Assembly (NCBI RefSeq): GCF_003918875.1 | Contig: NW_025766043.1 | Span: 1 to 64,000, forward strand | Source of the DNA: Haliotis rubra | Taxonomy: Eukaryota | Length of the DNA stretch: 64,000 bases | Direction of reading: 5' to 3' | Shown here: positions 23,720-37,328 of the stretch, piece by piece | How positions within the stretch are numbered: position 1 is the first letter of the stretch | How the letters are laid out: each line of letters opens with the position of its first letter | Notes under the pieces: model-generated | What the model was told of the DNA's origin: nothing | The model's database searches: none | Seen by the model: only the letters and a program-made list of their open reading frames with translations | Translations under genes and position numbers: made by a program

Positions 23720-24480
23720 GTGTCTGGCGGGATGAAAACGCAGCCTTATTGTGTCAGGGGATGAAGACACAACCTTATTGTGTTTGGTGTGATGAAGACA
23801 CAGGGGGATGAAGACATGGCCTTATTGTTTCAGTGAGGTTGAAGACACAGCCTTCTTGTGATGAAGATACGGCCCTGTTGTGTCAGTGAGGTAATACATA
23901 GCAATATTGTGTCAGGGAGGGTGAATACATAGTCCTATTGTGTCACGGGAGATAAAGACATAGGCCTGTTCTGTCAGGATGGAGTGAAGACACAGCCCTG
24001 TTGTGACAGGGAGGTTAAATACATCGATCATGTCTGGGGGAGTGAAGGCAAAGCCCTGTTGTGATAGGGAGGTAGAAGGCAAAGCCCTGTTGTGACAGGG
24101 AGGTAGAAGGCAAAGCCCTGTTGTGACAGAGAGGTAGAAGGCACAGCCATGTTGTGACAGGGAGGTAGAAGGCACAGCGCTTCTGTGACAGGGAGGTAGA
24201 AGGCACAGCCCTGCTGTGACATGGAGGCAGCAAGCATAGCCATGTTGTGATAGGGAGGCAGCAAGCAGAGCCCTGTTGTGACAGGGAGGTAGAAGGCACA
24301 GCCCTGTTGTGACAGGGAGGTAGAAGGCCCAGCCATGTTGTGACAGGGAGGTAGAAGGCCAAGCCATGTTGTGACAGGGAGGTAAAAGGCCCAGCCATGT
24401 TGTGTAAGGGAGATGGAAGGCACAGCCATGTTGTGACAGGGAGGTTAAATACACTGATTGTGTGTGTGAGGGTGAAGACA
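23720..24480. repeat. 31-bp minisatellite, homogeneous core 24050-24445, degenerate on the left
   Basis: Unit gccctgttgtgacagggaggtagaaggcaca; period 31 (24085, 24116). Confidence 0.9.
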
Positions 24481-24626
24481 CAGTGTCAGCCCTCCTGGTA
24501 TTACAAGGGAGGCAACTCTCTACAACAATTTCGGGCAACAAACACCATTGGCACTAAAACCGGAGGCATAAAAGAAGACATATATATCATTACAACAGAC
24601 ACATGCATGCAGTGTTAGTAGATATG

Positions 24627-24640
24627 TTTATTGATTTATT
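24627..24640 (-). terminator. Candidate tandem AATAAA poly(A) signals for the FN3/EGF gene
   Basis: tttatt at 24627 and 24635, at the end of an AT-rich stretch ~3.9 kb past the stop at 28493. Closer candidates exist (e.g. ~28126). Confidence 0.3.
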
Positions 24641-26009
24641 TAGTACAAAACAATAGAAAATATCAACAAATAACCAAAGTATGTGTAAATCATGTAAGAA
24701 TACAGTGAGATTTTTGCAGTTGGTATGTAAATAATCACATCAAAACACCAAATTATGAAAAGGTAATATGTCTCAACAGTTTCACAACCAGTCTGCCATC
24801 ATTGTTTATTGGGGAATCATTTTGAGGGTAAAACATTTAGAAAAAGGAATGTTGTTTCATGTCACAGTTCAAACAAAATTGATTTTCTGCTATAGGGAGA
24901 GGCTGACAACATCAAATTAACTTTTAAGCCCAAATCCAGAGGGACTCTTGTCATCCCAAACTGGTTTCCTCTTTAGATATGGCTTGGGTGAGATGCGATC
25001 TCCTGGAAGATATATCGCAACAATCAAAACTTTATCACAATGCTTTGCACATGATTGTGATGTCATTGTTCACCTTGATGTCACAATCAAATGACATCAC
25101 TAACCTCTCTGCCGCTGAAACAGGTTATCTGTTCTTTTTTACACTCAAAACACTGCGTATTACTGTTTACAAACTGAAAAGTTGGAAGAATGAATTTGGA
25201 TGATAAATAGAAAATCACTCATGTATTTTGATATCAAATATATCAACACTTATTTTGAAATGCTTAAACAATCCTCATCAGGTCTCGGAGTTTCAAATCC
25301 TCATCGACTCATATTAATATATTTCATATTAAAAGACATTTTGAATTCTCTATATACACGATTTTAAATTTTCTAAATAACTGATGCTAAACTGAAAACT
25401 TTAACAGATCATTTATTTTGCAAATGAAAAATATATTTGTTCACTGCATTGCATTCTACTTTGCTAGATACACCTACATAACAACAAGTCACACATTACA
25501 CATAGAGAACGGTAAGAACACTTCTGTATATATGTAGAATAAACCGTAACTTTTCCATCATGTTTAAACCTTTAAAAACAACATCTTGTACCATGATTAC
25601 CAATGTCATTAAAATAAATTAATCATAATCAAGAATCGCAGTGATATTTTTCTACACTCTGCAACATTTGGAAACATCACAATGACAACAGGTCTAAAAG
25701 CCTTGTCTGTATATCAGACTGGTTCTATGTATTACCCCCCAAATCACTAAAAGTACAAACAAATGTTTCAGATCTGTTACGGAATGTCATATCGACATTC
25801 CTAAAATGGAATTGTGTGGAATATTACTATAAATATTGTGTTTATGGTATTTGGCAATGTCACTGAAATCAAATTATGATCTGAGAACCATTCTATAGAT
25901 GGTTGCATCAGGTGGGCATTAGCAAACTTCTACTGTCCAGTGAAAATGAAGGGAGGATGGGTTCTTAAGCCAATCAAATGACACGGCTTTATTTCCGTTC
26001 TGTTGCTTG

Positions 26010-26237
26010 GGGCAGTGGGGTAGCCTTGTGGTTAAAGTGTTCAATTGACACACCATAGACCCACAGCCATATTGCAAAAAGTAAACTAAGTAGAGTCAAA
26101 CTAAACCTATTTACTCAGCCTAAAGGGCGGTGGGGTAGCCTAGTGGTTAAAGTGTTCACTTGACACACCATAGACCCACGGCCATATTGCAAAAAGTAAA
26201 CTAAGTAGAGTCAAACTAAACCCATTTACTCAGCCTA
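26010..26237 (+). repeat. ~115-bp tandem duplication of an internally deleted SINE-A-like unit
   Basis: ggggtagcct(t/a)gtggttaaagtgttca..tgacacaccatagaccc...tttactcagccta twice. Confidence 0.8.
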
Positions 26238-27444
26238 GAGTTAGTTTCAAACAAAACTAACCACCACCAAACACTGTTTACACCCGATACTAACCAATTT
26301 GGGCGTTGATTCTTTCAGATTCAGAAGCAACAAGATGCTTAAAATATCCACATCTGCATAATATACAATTTATTCCGACCTCTGTTTCCGTTTATGAAAA
26401 ACAGAAATCACTGCTTGCACATATTGAAAATAAAAAGCCTCCGCACTGATTGGCTGACTGGAAAGATCACCTGACACAACCTGCTATGAAGGTATCCTCA
26501 GGTCTTTACACGGGGGAATCACCTCCGAGTAACAAATCAGATTGTAATGAGTTCTCATCATTACAACATAGAGATATAATTCATAGAGATATAATTCATT
26601 ATTAATGAATATAGACATAAGCCAGTCTAATCTGCAAGCAATTTTAACATGATAAAAATATTTTGGCAATCTGAGATTGTTACGTTTCCATATGAAAAAT
26701 GTCTGGACCACACACTTAGTGTCAACAGTGATGTTCATTCAGCAACACAGGGACAACGGTTTGTCCACACGCCAGGAAGGTTTTATGTGTCCTGTGTATG
26801 AAGACTACTGTCAAGTGTGGACTGACCCTACTTGTGGCTAAAACAGAGTATATCATCCAATGCCCACATATAATTATTGATCCTACAATGTAGGAGGAAT
26901 TAACAAAAGGGGAAATTGACAGCATATGAAAGCAACTTTCTGTGACAAAACAGAAGTCGCCCACAGCTGCTGTCCCAGGCCTTAAGCCAATGCATTAATG
27001 AAGAATTTTCATTCAGCTTCTGATAACTCAAGGACTAACAGCAAAGTGTGCTAACATCCATCAGAATCTCATACTCTCAGCAACAGCACATTTTGATTGG
27101 ATGAGAACATATTTTGATTAGATTAGAACCGAATACAAAAGAATCGATTTCTTATTTGGATTTGTCTCATTTTAAGATTGATCAAATTCATTCTTCTCAA
27201 ATATCACTGTGATAAATGAATAATAACAAATACTACTGCCTCCTCTTTTTGGAAAGTTATATGGTAGAAGTTGTTCCATTGACATACAACTGGAATATAG
27301 TCCCATCATGCCAATATTGATATGTCCAACTAAGTACAGAGTATACTTTTACATACAACGTACACATACGTGGTTCCCAGTTTGTGACCGGCATTATACA
27401 GACATGTCACAATGGACTGACACAACACATAATCACATACCAGC

Positions 27445-27727
27445 ACACATCATCAGTATATCATCATATATCATCATATACCATCAATATACCATCATAT
27501 ATGATCAATATATCATCGTTTATCATCATATATCATCAGTATATAATCATATATCACCAGTATATCACCATATACCACCAGTATATCATCATATACCATC
27601 AGAATATCATCATATATCATCATATATCACCAGTATATCATCATATACCATAAGAATATCATCAGTATATCATCATATATCAATATATCTTCATATATCA
27701 TCAGTATATCATCATATATCATCAGTA
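27445..27727. repeat. Low-complexity (catatat/cagtatat)n repeat
   Basis: Direct inspection. Confidence 0.9.
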
Positions 27728-28492
27728 CAGGTAATGAAATAATGGAATGTAACATAAACAATATAAAAATAAGTTTCTATGTCACCACCTTTAAAAGCTA
27801 TATATCCTGTTAAGTAGAGATATATCGATGATTATTATGACCCACATATCTATGTGTGACAATTATCTCAACAGCAGGGGTATCTCAGGTAGAGTTCATG
27901 CCTTAATTGTTGACAATGTGTTGACAAACTAAAGGTTGTGACACAAACACTTAATGGATGACAATTTTGTGTTATGGCATATAAAAAAATATTTTAAAAA
28001 TTGTGAAAAAAATATTTCAGTCTGCACAAAATTTCTTTTGGTAAAGTGATTTGAATAACAATATTCTTTCGCAACAGAGATGTTTTACTTGTTTGGTTGC
28101 CATTTAAGAAATATTCTGTGCATATTTATTCTATAAATGGTCACATCTAACATTTTTTACAAACTGATATATTTAATATACAATTCATTGAGAGCTTTGT
28201 GCTGGCATGTTTGAACATTACCAACATTTCATTATTCAGACAGGCTAAGACTTAGTAGGAATGTTTACACAACCTCAATTTGAAATATTTGTTCATCAAG
28301 ATATCTGAAAAACATAACAAATATTATTGACCAAGCAAACTAATAGTAGAGTTTAAGTTCACTAGAGTTATGTCCCCTGATACTTGCGATTTCATGCAAG
28401 AACATTTACTTGAAATGCCAACATAAAACCTTCAGCTTCACAAATTTGAACACATTATCTATACAGTCTGACCTGTATTAGACTGGTGGTTA

Positions 28493-28650
28493 CTACAACA
28501 GGCCATCTTCCATAGTGCAGTCTGTGCGCATCTTCCCATCGCTGCACACACAAATATACCTGGCATCATCAGTCTCCATGGTGACACAGGTGGTACCCCG
28601 AGGACAAGGACTATTCCTGCAAGGGTTTGTGGGACGGGAACATCCTGGTT
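28493..28650 (-). CDS. FN3-array gene, terminal exon: EGF-like domain then stop
   Basis: Not in the ORF track in this frame. tcttcag acceptor, phase 1: EPGCSRPTNPCRNSPCPRGTTCVTMETDDARYICVCSDGKMRTDCTMEDGLL*. C-x4-C-x5-C-x10-C-x-C-x8-C spacing is EGF-like. Confidence 0.8.
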
Positions 28651-29256
28651 CTGAAGATACAGAGATATATTCCTACAGAACGTGGTCCTGCCAGTCACAC
28701 ACTGGGAAAATTCCAGGTCAGCTGTGCTTGTTTCCTAGAAATGTTATATTTGACAGCAATATTTGAGCTAAATGATGCCAGCAATATTTTAGCTATTGAT
28801 GAGCTATATGTTGCCGACCAAACAAACCTAGTACTGTATATTGAGAAATAGTCTGACAGGACCAAACAAATAAGATAAGAAGATAAACTTTATTGTCCTG
28901 CAAGGGAAATTTGTTTTGCATTCAAAGAGCCAATACAAGCATATAACAACAAATAATTTAAAGTATATATACACAATGCCAAGCTAATCAGAATATAATG
29001 TTGAATTATAACATAACCAAAGTTCGTGATATAATAATCACTTGTGCCTCATCATAGATTTCACTATTACAATTTTGGAGGAAGATTTAGAAGTTTTATA
29101 CTGTATGGACAAATGATTTTGAAGTTCTATTAGTTTTGTAATACATGATTTTGAAACGGCGGCCAGAAGGCAGAAGTTCATAACATTCATTTAAAAAGTG
29201 TGATGGATCCAATTGATTTCATTTCAGAAATGTAGGCCATCCGGTCCATAATTCAC

Positions 29257-29348
29257 CAGTCTAAGTAAACTTAGTCTCAGTACTATTCGTTACACTCCTC
29301 AGTATAGTAGGGTAACAAATAATACTGAGGCTAAGTTTACTTAGACTG
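29257..29348. mobile_element. 92-bp palindromic MITE with 9-bp TSD (Mutator-like)
   Basis: TIR cagtctaagtaaacttag...ctaagtttacttagactg; ataattcac at 29248-29256 and 29349-29357. Confidence 0.85.
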
Positions 29349-29628
29349 ATAATTCACATACATAGTCCTTTAATATACTTGACAGAGTACCTCATTATAT
29401 AAATTATGACATGTGACAATATTTGATAGATTTACCAACAACATTTAAATATGCTTACATGATACATTTAAATCAAATACAATTGTTTTCAATCCAGTTT
29501 TGTCTTAATTTAAAACTGCAAAATATGAAAGCTCCTAACTGCGGCCAGAAGGCAGAAGTTCATAACATTCATTTAAAAAGTGTGATGGATCCAATTGAAT
29601 GGCCAGAGCTTTCTTCTTAACTTTTGAC

Positions 29629-29897
29629 CACGGCTCGATTTAAGAGATGTTGACCTACTTGCACCGGGTGCAACCTAAGATAAAAACCTAGTTGCACCAG
29701 CCAAATTCTAATCGCACTGCTTCTATTGCAATATGTAATGAAAGAAATATGCTATTGAACTATTTAGATGTTTTATTCACAAGTTTACCCACTCACAAAT
29801 TGACCTGCACCTGGTGCAAATTAGACTAATAACTAGGTTGCACTTTGTAATATTTGCTAGCACCAGTGCAAGTAACAAAGCACTAAATCAAGCCCTG
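29629..29897. mobile_element. hAT-like MITE inserted in the LINE ORF
   Basis: TIR cacggctcgattta / taaatcaagccctg; flanks share tttgac; internal tgcacc(a/t)g repeats. The LINE reading frame resumes across it (QYES|KVKKKALAIQLDP). Confidence 0.7.
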
Positions 29898-30866
29898 TTT
29901 GACTCATACTGAAAAGGTAGAGGTTCGAAATTGAAGCCACAAATTTTGCTTGAGATGTTTACAATTTTGTCAAGTTTGTTTTTCTGTGTAAGAGGAAGAT
30001 TGCCATACCAGGCATGAAAGCAGAAAGTTAAAATACTATTAATGAATGTTTGGTAGAATAATTTTAAGATATTAGTGTCTACATAAAATGATCGCAATTT
30101 TCACAGAAAGAAAAGCCTCTGTTGTGCTTTCCTATATACAGGATGCGAATTTGATTTCCATGAAAGTTTATTATCAATGATAGTACCCAGATATTTATAC
30201 TCTTCTACTGTTTCTACTTCCTGTCCATCAATACAAACAGGTTTCAGTTTATTTTTTCCACTTCGGAAGTCAATTATAATTTCCTTTGGGTTTTTTATGT
30301 TCAGGGAGAGGTAATTGTCTTTGCACCATGAAGTAAACGCATCAATATTTTTCCTATACTCTAACTCTGATTGACAAATAAACCCAACCAAAACGGCATC
30401 ATCAGCAAATTTGAAATTCAGACAGGTGGATAAATGAGATATACAGTCATTTGTATAGAGTGTGAAGAGGACAGGGGACAGGACACAGCCTTGAGGAGCA
30501 CCAGTACTCGCAAGATTAACGTCAGTCACCAAGGCTGATCTATTGATCATCAAATCAGCTCCTACGACAACCTATGTCCCTGGGGAACCATTCTAACCCA
30601 TAATACACATGGCGGCAGTATGCTTGTTGGTCATCACAGCTGACTGACGGAGGACATGGCTGCTTTCATGTCATCACATACTGAAGGCATACAGAGTGAC
30701 ATGCACACGTGTGCACACTTGTCTGCAGGCTTGATACTGCTAGCCGACAGAGACAGCACATAGCATGCTATGATGGATACCCCATATCTGTACCCACTCT
30801 TAGCTGACCAGACATAGTTTGATTCCCTTTTGTGCAGAGTTCCATGCAGGATTACAAGTATGACAT

Positions 30867-30960
30867 ACCGTATATGACCGTCTATAAGCCGAATTTTGAG
30901 GACCAAAAAAAGCCGTCTGTAGAAGGGGGTCGTCTTATCCATGAGTTACACTTTCGTCAA
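30867..30960. mobile_element. Possible pogo/Tc1-mariner terminal fragment
   Basis: ta|ccgtatatgaccgtctataagccg...ggtcgtcttat resembles CCGTA-type termini; no partner end found. Confidence 0.35.
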
Positions 30961-31341
30961 ACTTTTTTCCAGGGGTAAGAAAACAACATCGTATCACTCC
31001 GCGTGAACAAACAACAGAAGACGACTTTGTCAGTAGAGACGTCAAATTTGCAATTAAACATCACTAGACAAGATTAATTACCATTTAAGTTACAAGTTGT
31101 TTTTGCTGGGCATTGTTTTATTTGCAGGGATTAAGATTACCGTGCGTATTTGTCTCGTACACAAAGCCGGAAATAGCAATCAGCTGTGCACACGTTTCCC
31201 GGCGAACAAGTTCAAACATGCACAATAATATAACGGGATGAATTCTATTGATTGAATACTATTATTTAACCCAAAGAAATATATCCTAGCATTGTGTAAT
31301 AGTTTTTATGTAAAAACTATATAATCAACACTAAGGTTATA

Positions 31342-33239
31342 CCAGGGATACTCTACAACAGGGATAGGTCACTCGCTTGCTTTCTTTACCATTTGTACTA
31401 ATTAACGTGTGCCTCGTCATGCTCCAACGCACACAGTGACTTGGTTCGGTCCCAGCGCAACTTCGGCTGCGTTTAACAGTACTTCAGCCAGTGTATTGTA
31501 TAGGTCGGAATTTTACAATGAATGAATGAATTAATTAAGAGCAAGAATTTTATGTGAATGAATGAAAGAAATTAAGAAAAAGAACAAAAGAAAAAGAACA
31601 TATGTGAATGAACGAAAGAATAAATGATACACCACGGCCATCTCTCCCCAAACATGTTAAAGAACGCAAAACTATCGGTAGAACACATGTTAACATCAGC
31701 TGTCCTTTTTATAAAAAATCTACTTTGAGACATTTTTTTACATTAGTAACTAATTCAGATATCTTATTGCATGTGTGGAATGACATGGGCATTGACAGAA
31801 TGTTAACTGACACTGTCACAGACCCCTCAAGAACAGAAAGTTTAGAACTATCACAAAGCCTTGCAAACACCTTTCCAGTTTTGTCAAATACTAAGATCAA
31901 CAAAAGAAAGAAAGAAGTTTTAGAACTATAACACTCAAGCATTACAAGCACCAATGGTATCAGAACAGATCGTGATATGTCATATTTTCACACACCTCAA
32001 ATACACACTAACAAAAAAAACAAAAAAACTATCACTATTACTTGCAAAAACTTTCACCTGATGGTATATTCCCTCATAAAAATTAAAGGTGTTTGTGAAA
32101 GATGTTTTAGAACAATAACTAGAAACACTCAAACAGCGCCCTGTAGTATTTCAATGGCAGATCGTGATATGTCATATTTTTCACACACCTCAAATACACA
32201 CTAACAATTTTTTTAAATTATAAAACTATTACTATTACTTGCAAACACCTTTCACCTGATGGTATATTCCCTTATAAAAATTGAAGGTGTATGTGAAAGA
32301 TGTTTTGAACTCTAACTAGAAACACTCAAAAAGCCCTGTAGTATTTCAATGGCAGATCGTGATATGTCATATTTTTACACACCTCAAATACACACTAACA
32401 ATTTTTTTTTAAATTATAAAACTATCACTATTACTTGCAAACACCTTTCACCTGATGGTATATTCCCCTCATAAAAATTGAAGGTGTATGTGAAAGATGT
32501 TTTGAACACTAACTAGAAACACTCAAACATAGCCCTGGAGTATTTCAATGGCAGATCGGCGATATGTCATATTTTTACACACCTCAAATACACACTAACA
32601 AATTTTTTTAAATGATAAAACTATAACTATTACTTGCAAACACCTTTCACCTGATGGTATATTCCCCTCATAAAATTGAAGGTGTATGTGAAAGATGTTT
32701 TTGAACACTAACTAGAAACACTCAAACAGCCCTGTAGTATTTCAATGGCAGATCGTGATATGTCATATTTTCACACACCTCAAATACACCCTAACAAAAA
32801 TTTTTAGTTATAAAAATATCACTATTACTTGCAAACACCTTTTAACTAAAGGTATATTTCCCTTCTAAAAATTAAGCGAATATGTGAAAGAAGTTTTAGC
32901 GATATAATTTAGTCTTTCTTCGCTGTGTACTGAGAATTGAAGCCAGTGAGCTACAACATGCCCACTTGAAACTTTACTACAAAGCTACTGTACTTATACT
33001 GACACTAATAACAAGTATTTGACTTAAAATGAAGTGACAGAATAGGTAACTTATCTTCTACGTGTAGGTTTTCAGTTGTCACAACACTCAGCGTATGTAA
33101 TCAGCTGTTGAAAATAAACCGGGCTCAATCTTAAAAACCACGCTGCCGCCATATTGGCTGCACTGGTCACGTGACGAGCCGAGGCATAGCTTAGCAGCTT
33201 TCCGAAGAGTGACCACTCCCCCTTATAGAGTCTCCCTGG
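31342..33239. mobile_element. 1.9-kb non-autonomous TIR element with 5-bp TSD carrying a tandem array
   Basis: TIR ccagggatactctacaa / ttatagagtctccctgg (15/17, extendable to ~33 bp); ttata at 31337-31341 and 33240-33244. Confidence 0.72.
31966..32900. repeat. ~196-bp tandem repeat, ~5 copies
   Basis: gatcgtgatatgtcatatttt recurs at ~31968, 32160, 32356, 32554 and 32751. Confidence 0.92.
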
Positions 33240-33467
33240 TTATACGGACCATCATGAACGTGGTAAGCACGTGACATGGAACGAGGCGGTAATGTCATTT
33301 GGTATGAGGCCACCTGGGATTGCTAAAGTCATACACAGAAACACACAAAGACACAGACAGAATCACAGACAGACAGATGCATGCACAAACACACATACAT
33401 TTTACATAATGTAAATTTCTCTCTGAATATAACAGTACATATTCTTAACATGACGTAGCTGGCTCAC

Positions 33468-33674
33468 CTGTGCATCCTGTTTCAGAGACAGTGTACTTGA
33501 CGACCTTTGACATCTGACCAAATCCCTTCCTGTTTCGTGCCTGCACCTTGATGTAGTATCGTGTGTCCGGGGTCAGGTCCTTGATGACGACGGACAGACG
33601 ATCCCCCCCAACCCCCTCCATCACCCAGTCTTGCGTCTCTGCATCCTCTGTCGCTGTGTAGTACACCAGGTACC
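33468..33674 (-). CDS. FN3-array gene exon: second half of DCC/neogenin FN6-like domain (copy 3)
   Basis: GYLVYYTATEDAETQDWVMEGVGGDRLSVVIKDLTPDTRYYIKVQARNRKGFGQMS; AG/GT, 207 nt, phase 1/1. Confidence 0.9.
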
Positions 33675-34035
33675 CTGGAGCAACAGTTGCCATGGTAACT
33701 CAACATGGTAACAAAAGGGCATCATATAAAACCCTAAAAATAACTGCAGCTGCAGTTTCCATGGATGCAGATTACATAGACAATGGAATATTATGTTGAA
33801 CACCTGGTGTCCTCTAGCATCACAGTTGCCATGGTGATATAGCTTGATGCAGGGTCATCCAACAGATGACATTCTTATCTTGTCGTGTTGTTAACAGGGT
33901 TAAGATTTTCGGTCATGTGGACAAGGTGTCCAACCTTGGATCTGGAGGCCTGTGGTTCGAATTCCATCACTAGACTCAGTTATAAACACTTACAGTTTAA
34001 GGAATAGTGTATAACTTGTGGTACAGTTGACTTAC

Positions 34036-34146
34036 CTGTAATTAAACCATTAGTCTTGGCTGGTGGCTGCCAGGTGACGATGGCAGTGCCATAGTTGCTG
34101 CCTGAGACTGCTGTCACGGTAACGTCCTCCGGTGGACCCCCAGGTG
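34036..34146 (-). CDS. FN3-array gene exon: first half of FN6-like domain (copy 3)
   Basis: APGGPPEDVTVTAVSGSNYGTAIVTWQPPAKTNGLIT; 111 nt, AG/GT. Confidence 0.88.
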
Positions 34147-34736
34147 CTACAACAGCCGTTCAGTATGTAAACATTGTACTGTGACATTATTACCCACATG
34201 TCATGTGATGGTACCATCTGATTGGAAATTGGACAGGTAAAATTACTCGTGAAAAATATTTTAAAAAAACCCATTCTTCTTTTGTGTAGTATATACACAC
34301 GTTCAACACACGGACAGCCTACAAAATGTGTCTGTAAGTCAAATCCCTTTAATAAAACGTTCATCACTACAATTGCATACAAATTGCTCTATGATCTTTG
34401 TTAGTCTGATGGAAAAGTCATATATGTGAAAAGTTAAGGACACTATAAAGATTTATTATTTTTTTTGCAATAATTTAACTTAAAATCACACCATTTACAT
34501 AACTGTGTTAAATATGTTTTAGTAAGTGATTGAAATTATGCTTTAAAGAAGGAATTCCAATAATTGTTTTTAGATTTGCATGAAGAATTCAGGATTCAAC
34601 AAAGTTAGATTTCTACTTTGCATTTGAAATTCAGGGGATGTCGACAAACTCAAGGATGGACATTTGAATCTGCATACTCACAATACCTGCTGCAAATATA
34701 TATACCGTAAATACTGGAAATATATGCCATAACTAC

Positions 34737-35073
34737 CTGCTTCTTTAGTCTTGACTGCAAGTGTCATGCTCCATGGACTGTGCTCGCCATACTGAACCGA
34801 CATGACTGACATCTCATACTCCGTGTTGGCCTCGAGGTCCATGATCACAACGAACGGGTCATGAACAGATAGGTTCTTAAAGCGGGAGTCCAGAGAAGGT
34901 TTTACACTCTTGTACCGGACAATGTACTCAACGTCTTCATGTGAGTGTCCTTTCTTGTGAGTGTCTTTCCAGGTGAGAAGTGCTGATTCAGCAGTAATCT
35001 TGCGGGCCTTCAGACCTACTGGGGGTAACTCGTTGTACGAAGCTCTCGTCTCCCGGTGAGCAGATTACATCCC
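34737..35073 (-). CDS. FN3-array gene exon: DCC/neogenin FN5-like domain (copy 2), one frameshift
   Basis: PPVGLKARKITAESALLTWKD...YIVRYKS...DLEANTEYEMSVMSVQYGEHSPWSMTLAVKTKEA; 337 nt, indel probably at or near the G5 run at 35021-35025. Confidence 0.85.
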
Positions 35074-35602
35074 CTATAAAAGACAGTTGGATAAAACCTG
35101 TATGAAGATCAGGGTCAGGTGATTTAGCTTGCTGGATCATGCAAGTCATCATATGCCATACATCTATGCCCATGATGTCAGTCTCTAGATTACCTTGTCT
35201 AAAGTGAATCTCAAGTGACACCTACTTCCCTCACTTCATGACACAACCCTGTATGGAGTTTAAATGCACACGATCCAGGACCCTGAACATGAATTATTAA
35301 AGGGGGCTCATACAGTTGTGTATTTGTTTCTTCGCTCAATCACAAATGAAACATGAAAAAAATTATGAATACTATTGAATATATTGAAAATATTTTTAAA
35401 ATGAGATGATTGACCTTCCATCCACTGTATTAAAGATATAATGTCTGGCAGTATACAATGAACGTTTGAGACAATTCCTAACTTATGTGGGAAAATAGAT
35501 ACTTGTAGCACTGTATCAGGAAATATATGCTGCAGACTACGATTAGTGTCAAGCAATAGACTACAGTTAGTTCATAATCACAGCAGAGTTGGTGTGAAAT
35601 AC

Positions 35603-35800
35603 CTGTGCCAGATGTTCTGACCATGGATGAGCGAGATAGAGGTCCGTACCCCTCCTCATTTCGTGCTTGTATCTTGAAGAAGTACTTGGTGCAGGGAGTG
35701 AGGTCAGTGATGGTGGAGGTCAGAGTGTCGCCCAGCACGGCCTCCAACACCCATTCCCGCTCCGGCTTGGTATCATCCGTGGAGTAGTAGATCAGGTAGC
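35603..35800 (-). CDS. FN3-array gene exon: second half of FN6-like domain (copy 2)
   Basis: GYLIYYSTDDTKPEREWVLEAVLGDTLTSTITDLTPCTKYFFKIQARNEEGYGPLS; 198 nt, AG/GT. Confidence 0.9.
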
Positions 35801-35824
35801 CTACAATGGAGGTATGTTGTGTGA

Positions 35825-36905
35825 GATAACCACAACCATCTCTCTGATAACACCACAACCATCTCTCTGAAAATGGCCGGAATCATTTCTCTGACAACAC
35901 AAAAACCATCTCTCTGATAACACCACAACCATCGCTCTGAAAATGCCGAAATCATTTCTCTGACAACACAAAAAACATCTCTCTGATAACACCACAACCA
36001 TCGCTCTGACAACACAAAAACCATCGCTCTGACAATGCCACAACCATCGCTCTGAAAATGCCAGAATCATTTCTCTGACAACACAAACACCATCCCTCTG
36101 ATAACACCACAACCATCGCTCTGACAACACCACAACCATCTCTCTGAAAATGCCAGAATCATTTCTCTGACAACACAAACACCATCCCTCTGACAAGACA
36201 ACAACCATCTCTCTGACAACTCTCTGACAACACCACAACCATCTCTCTGACAACACAACAACCATCTCTCTGACAACTCTCTGACAACACCACAACCATC
36301 GCTCTGACAACACCACAACCATCGCTCTGAAAATACCGGAATCATTTCTCTGACAACACCACAACCATCTCTCTGATAACACCACAACCATCGCTCTGAC
36401 AACTCTCTGACAACACCACAACCATCTCTCTGACAAGACAACAACCATCTCTCTGACAACTCTCTGACAACACCACAACCATCGCTCTGACCACAACCAT
36501 CTCTATGACAACACCACAACCATCGCTCTGACAACACCACAACCATCTCTCTGACAACACCACAACTATCTCTCTGACAACCCCACAACCATCTCTCTGA
36601 TTACAACACAACCATCTCTCTGATAACACTACAACCATCACTCTAACAACACCACAACCATCGATCTGAACATGCCGGAATCATTTCTCTGACAACACAA
36701 AAACCATCCCTCTGATAACACAACAACCATCTCTCTGACAACACCACAACCATCTCTCTGACAACACCACAGCCATATCTCTGACAACACCACAACCATC
36801 TCTCTGACAACACTACAACCATCTCTCTGACAACACTACAACCATCTCTCTGACAACACTACAACCATCTCTCTGACAACACCACAACCATCTCTCTGAC
36901 AAAAC
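35825..36905. repeat. 23-bp minisatellite with higher-order variants
   Basis: Unit ctgacaacaccacaaccatctct, interleaved with aaaatgccagaatcattt variants. Confidence 0.92.
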
Positions 36906-37328
36906 TATAAGACACAGCTCTGACAATACTGGAATATGTTGGCCTTACAAAAAGAGATTACAGACATTCACAGGGGTTGTTTCCCTTCTTATCACCAGGA
37001 TCTGCTGCTCAAGACTTTAAATCCCTGGTTTGCTATACCGGTGTTTGTTGCATTCTCAACAGTAGTACACTTCAGTGTCCTGTATCACTTTGCTTTTCTC
37101 ACACAAACATCATATCATACCTGACGCACCTGCAGTACCCACAAAAGCACCATCCTAGCAATCATATCTGAACAGCTGAAACTTTATGAAGCAACTCTAC
37201 TGCCTGACAAATAGAGTGATAACTTGTGGAGTTACACTGTGTTTCCTTAACAACTTATTTCACTGCTGCAATGATTCTGGTAATACTGATATGGATGGAC
37301 TTGCACCACCCTTTGTTACTATAATTAC

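Larger units (their letters stand above)
28870..30530 (-). mobile_element. 5'-truncated non-LTR retrotransposon (Rex1/Babar-like) with nested insertions
   Basis: RT motifs GAPQGCVLSPVLFTLYTNDC, KFADDA, YKYLG, KAQQRLFFL; C-terminus LLPSGR..RF..TNRTSKSF; 3' end aaatttcccttgcaggacaataaagtttatctt. Confidence 0.88.

Noticed and set aside
23912-24541. Overlapping repetitive ORFs in three frames
   Set aside because: Products of the 31-bp minisatellite.
27308-27742. His/Ile/Tyr-rich ORFs
   Set aside because: Low-complexity (catat)n DNA.
28459-28698. 79-aa ORF with a hydrophobic stretch (LAGIVLVLGV) as a possible TM exon
   Set aside because: The phase-1 acceptor at 28651 selects the other frame, which gives a well-formed six-Cys EGF-like pattern; the hydrophobic run is too short for a TM helix.
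35773-36641. Several Cys/Trp/Val-rich repetitive ORFs
   Set aside because: Products of the 23-bp minisatellite in all frames.
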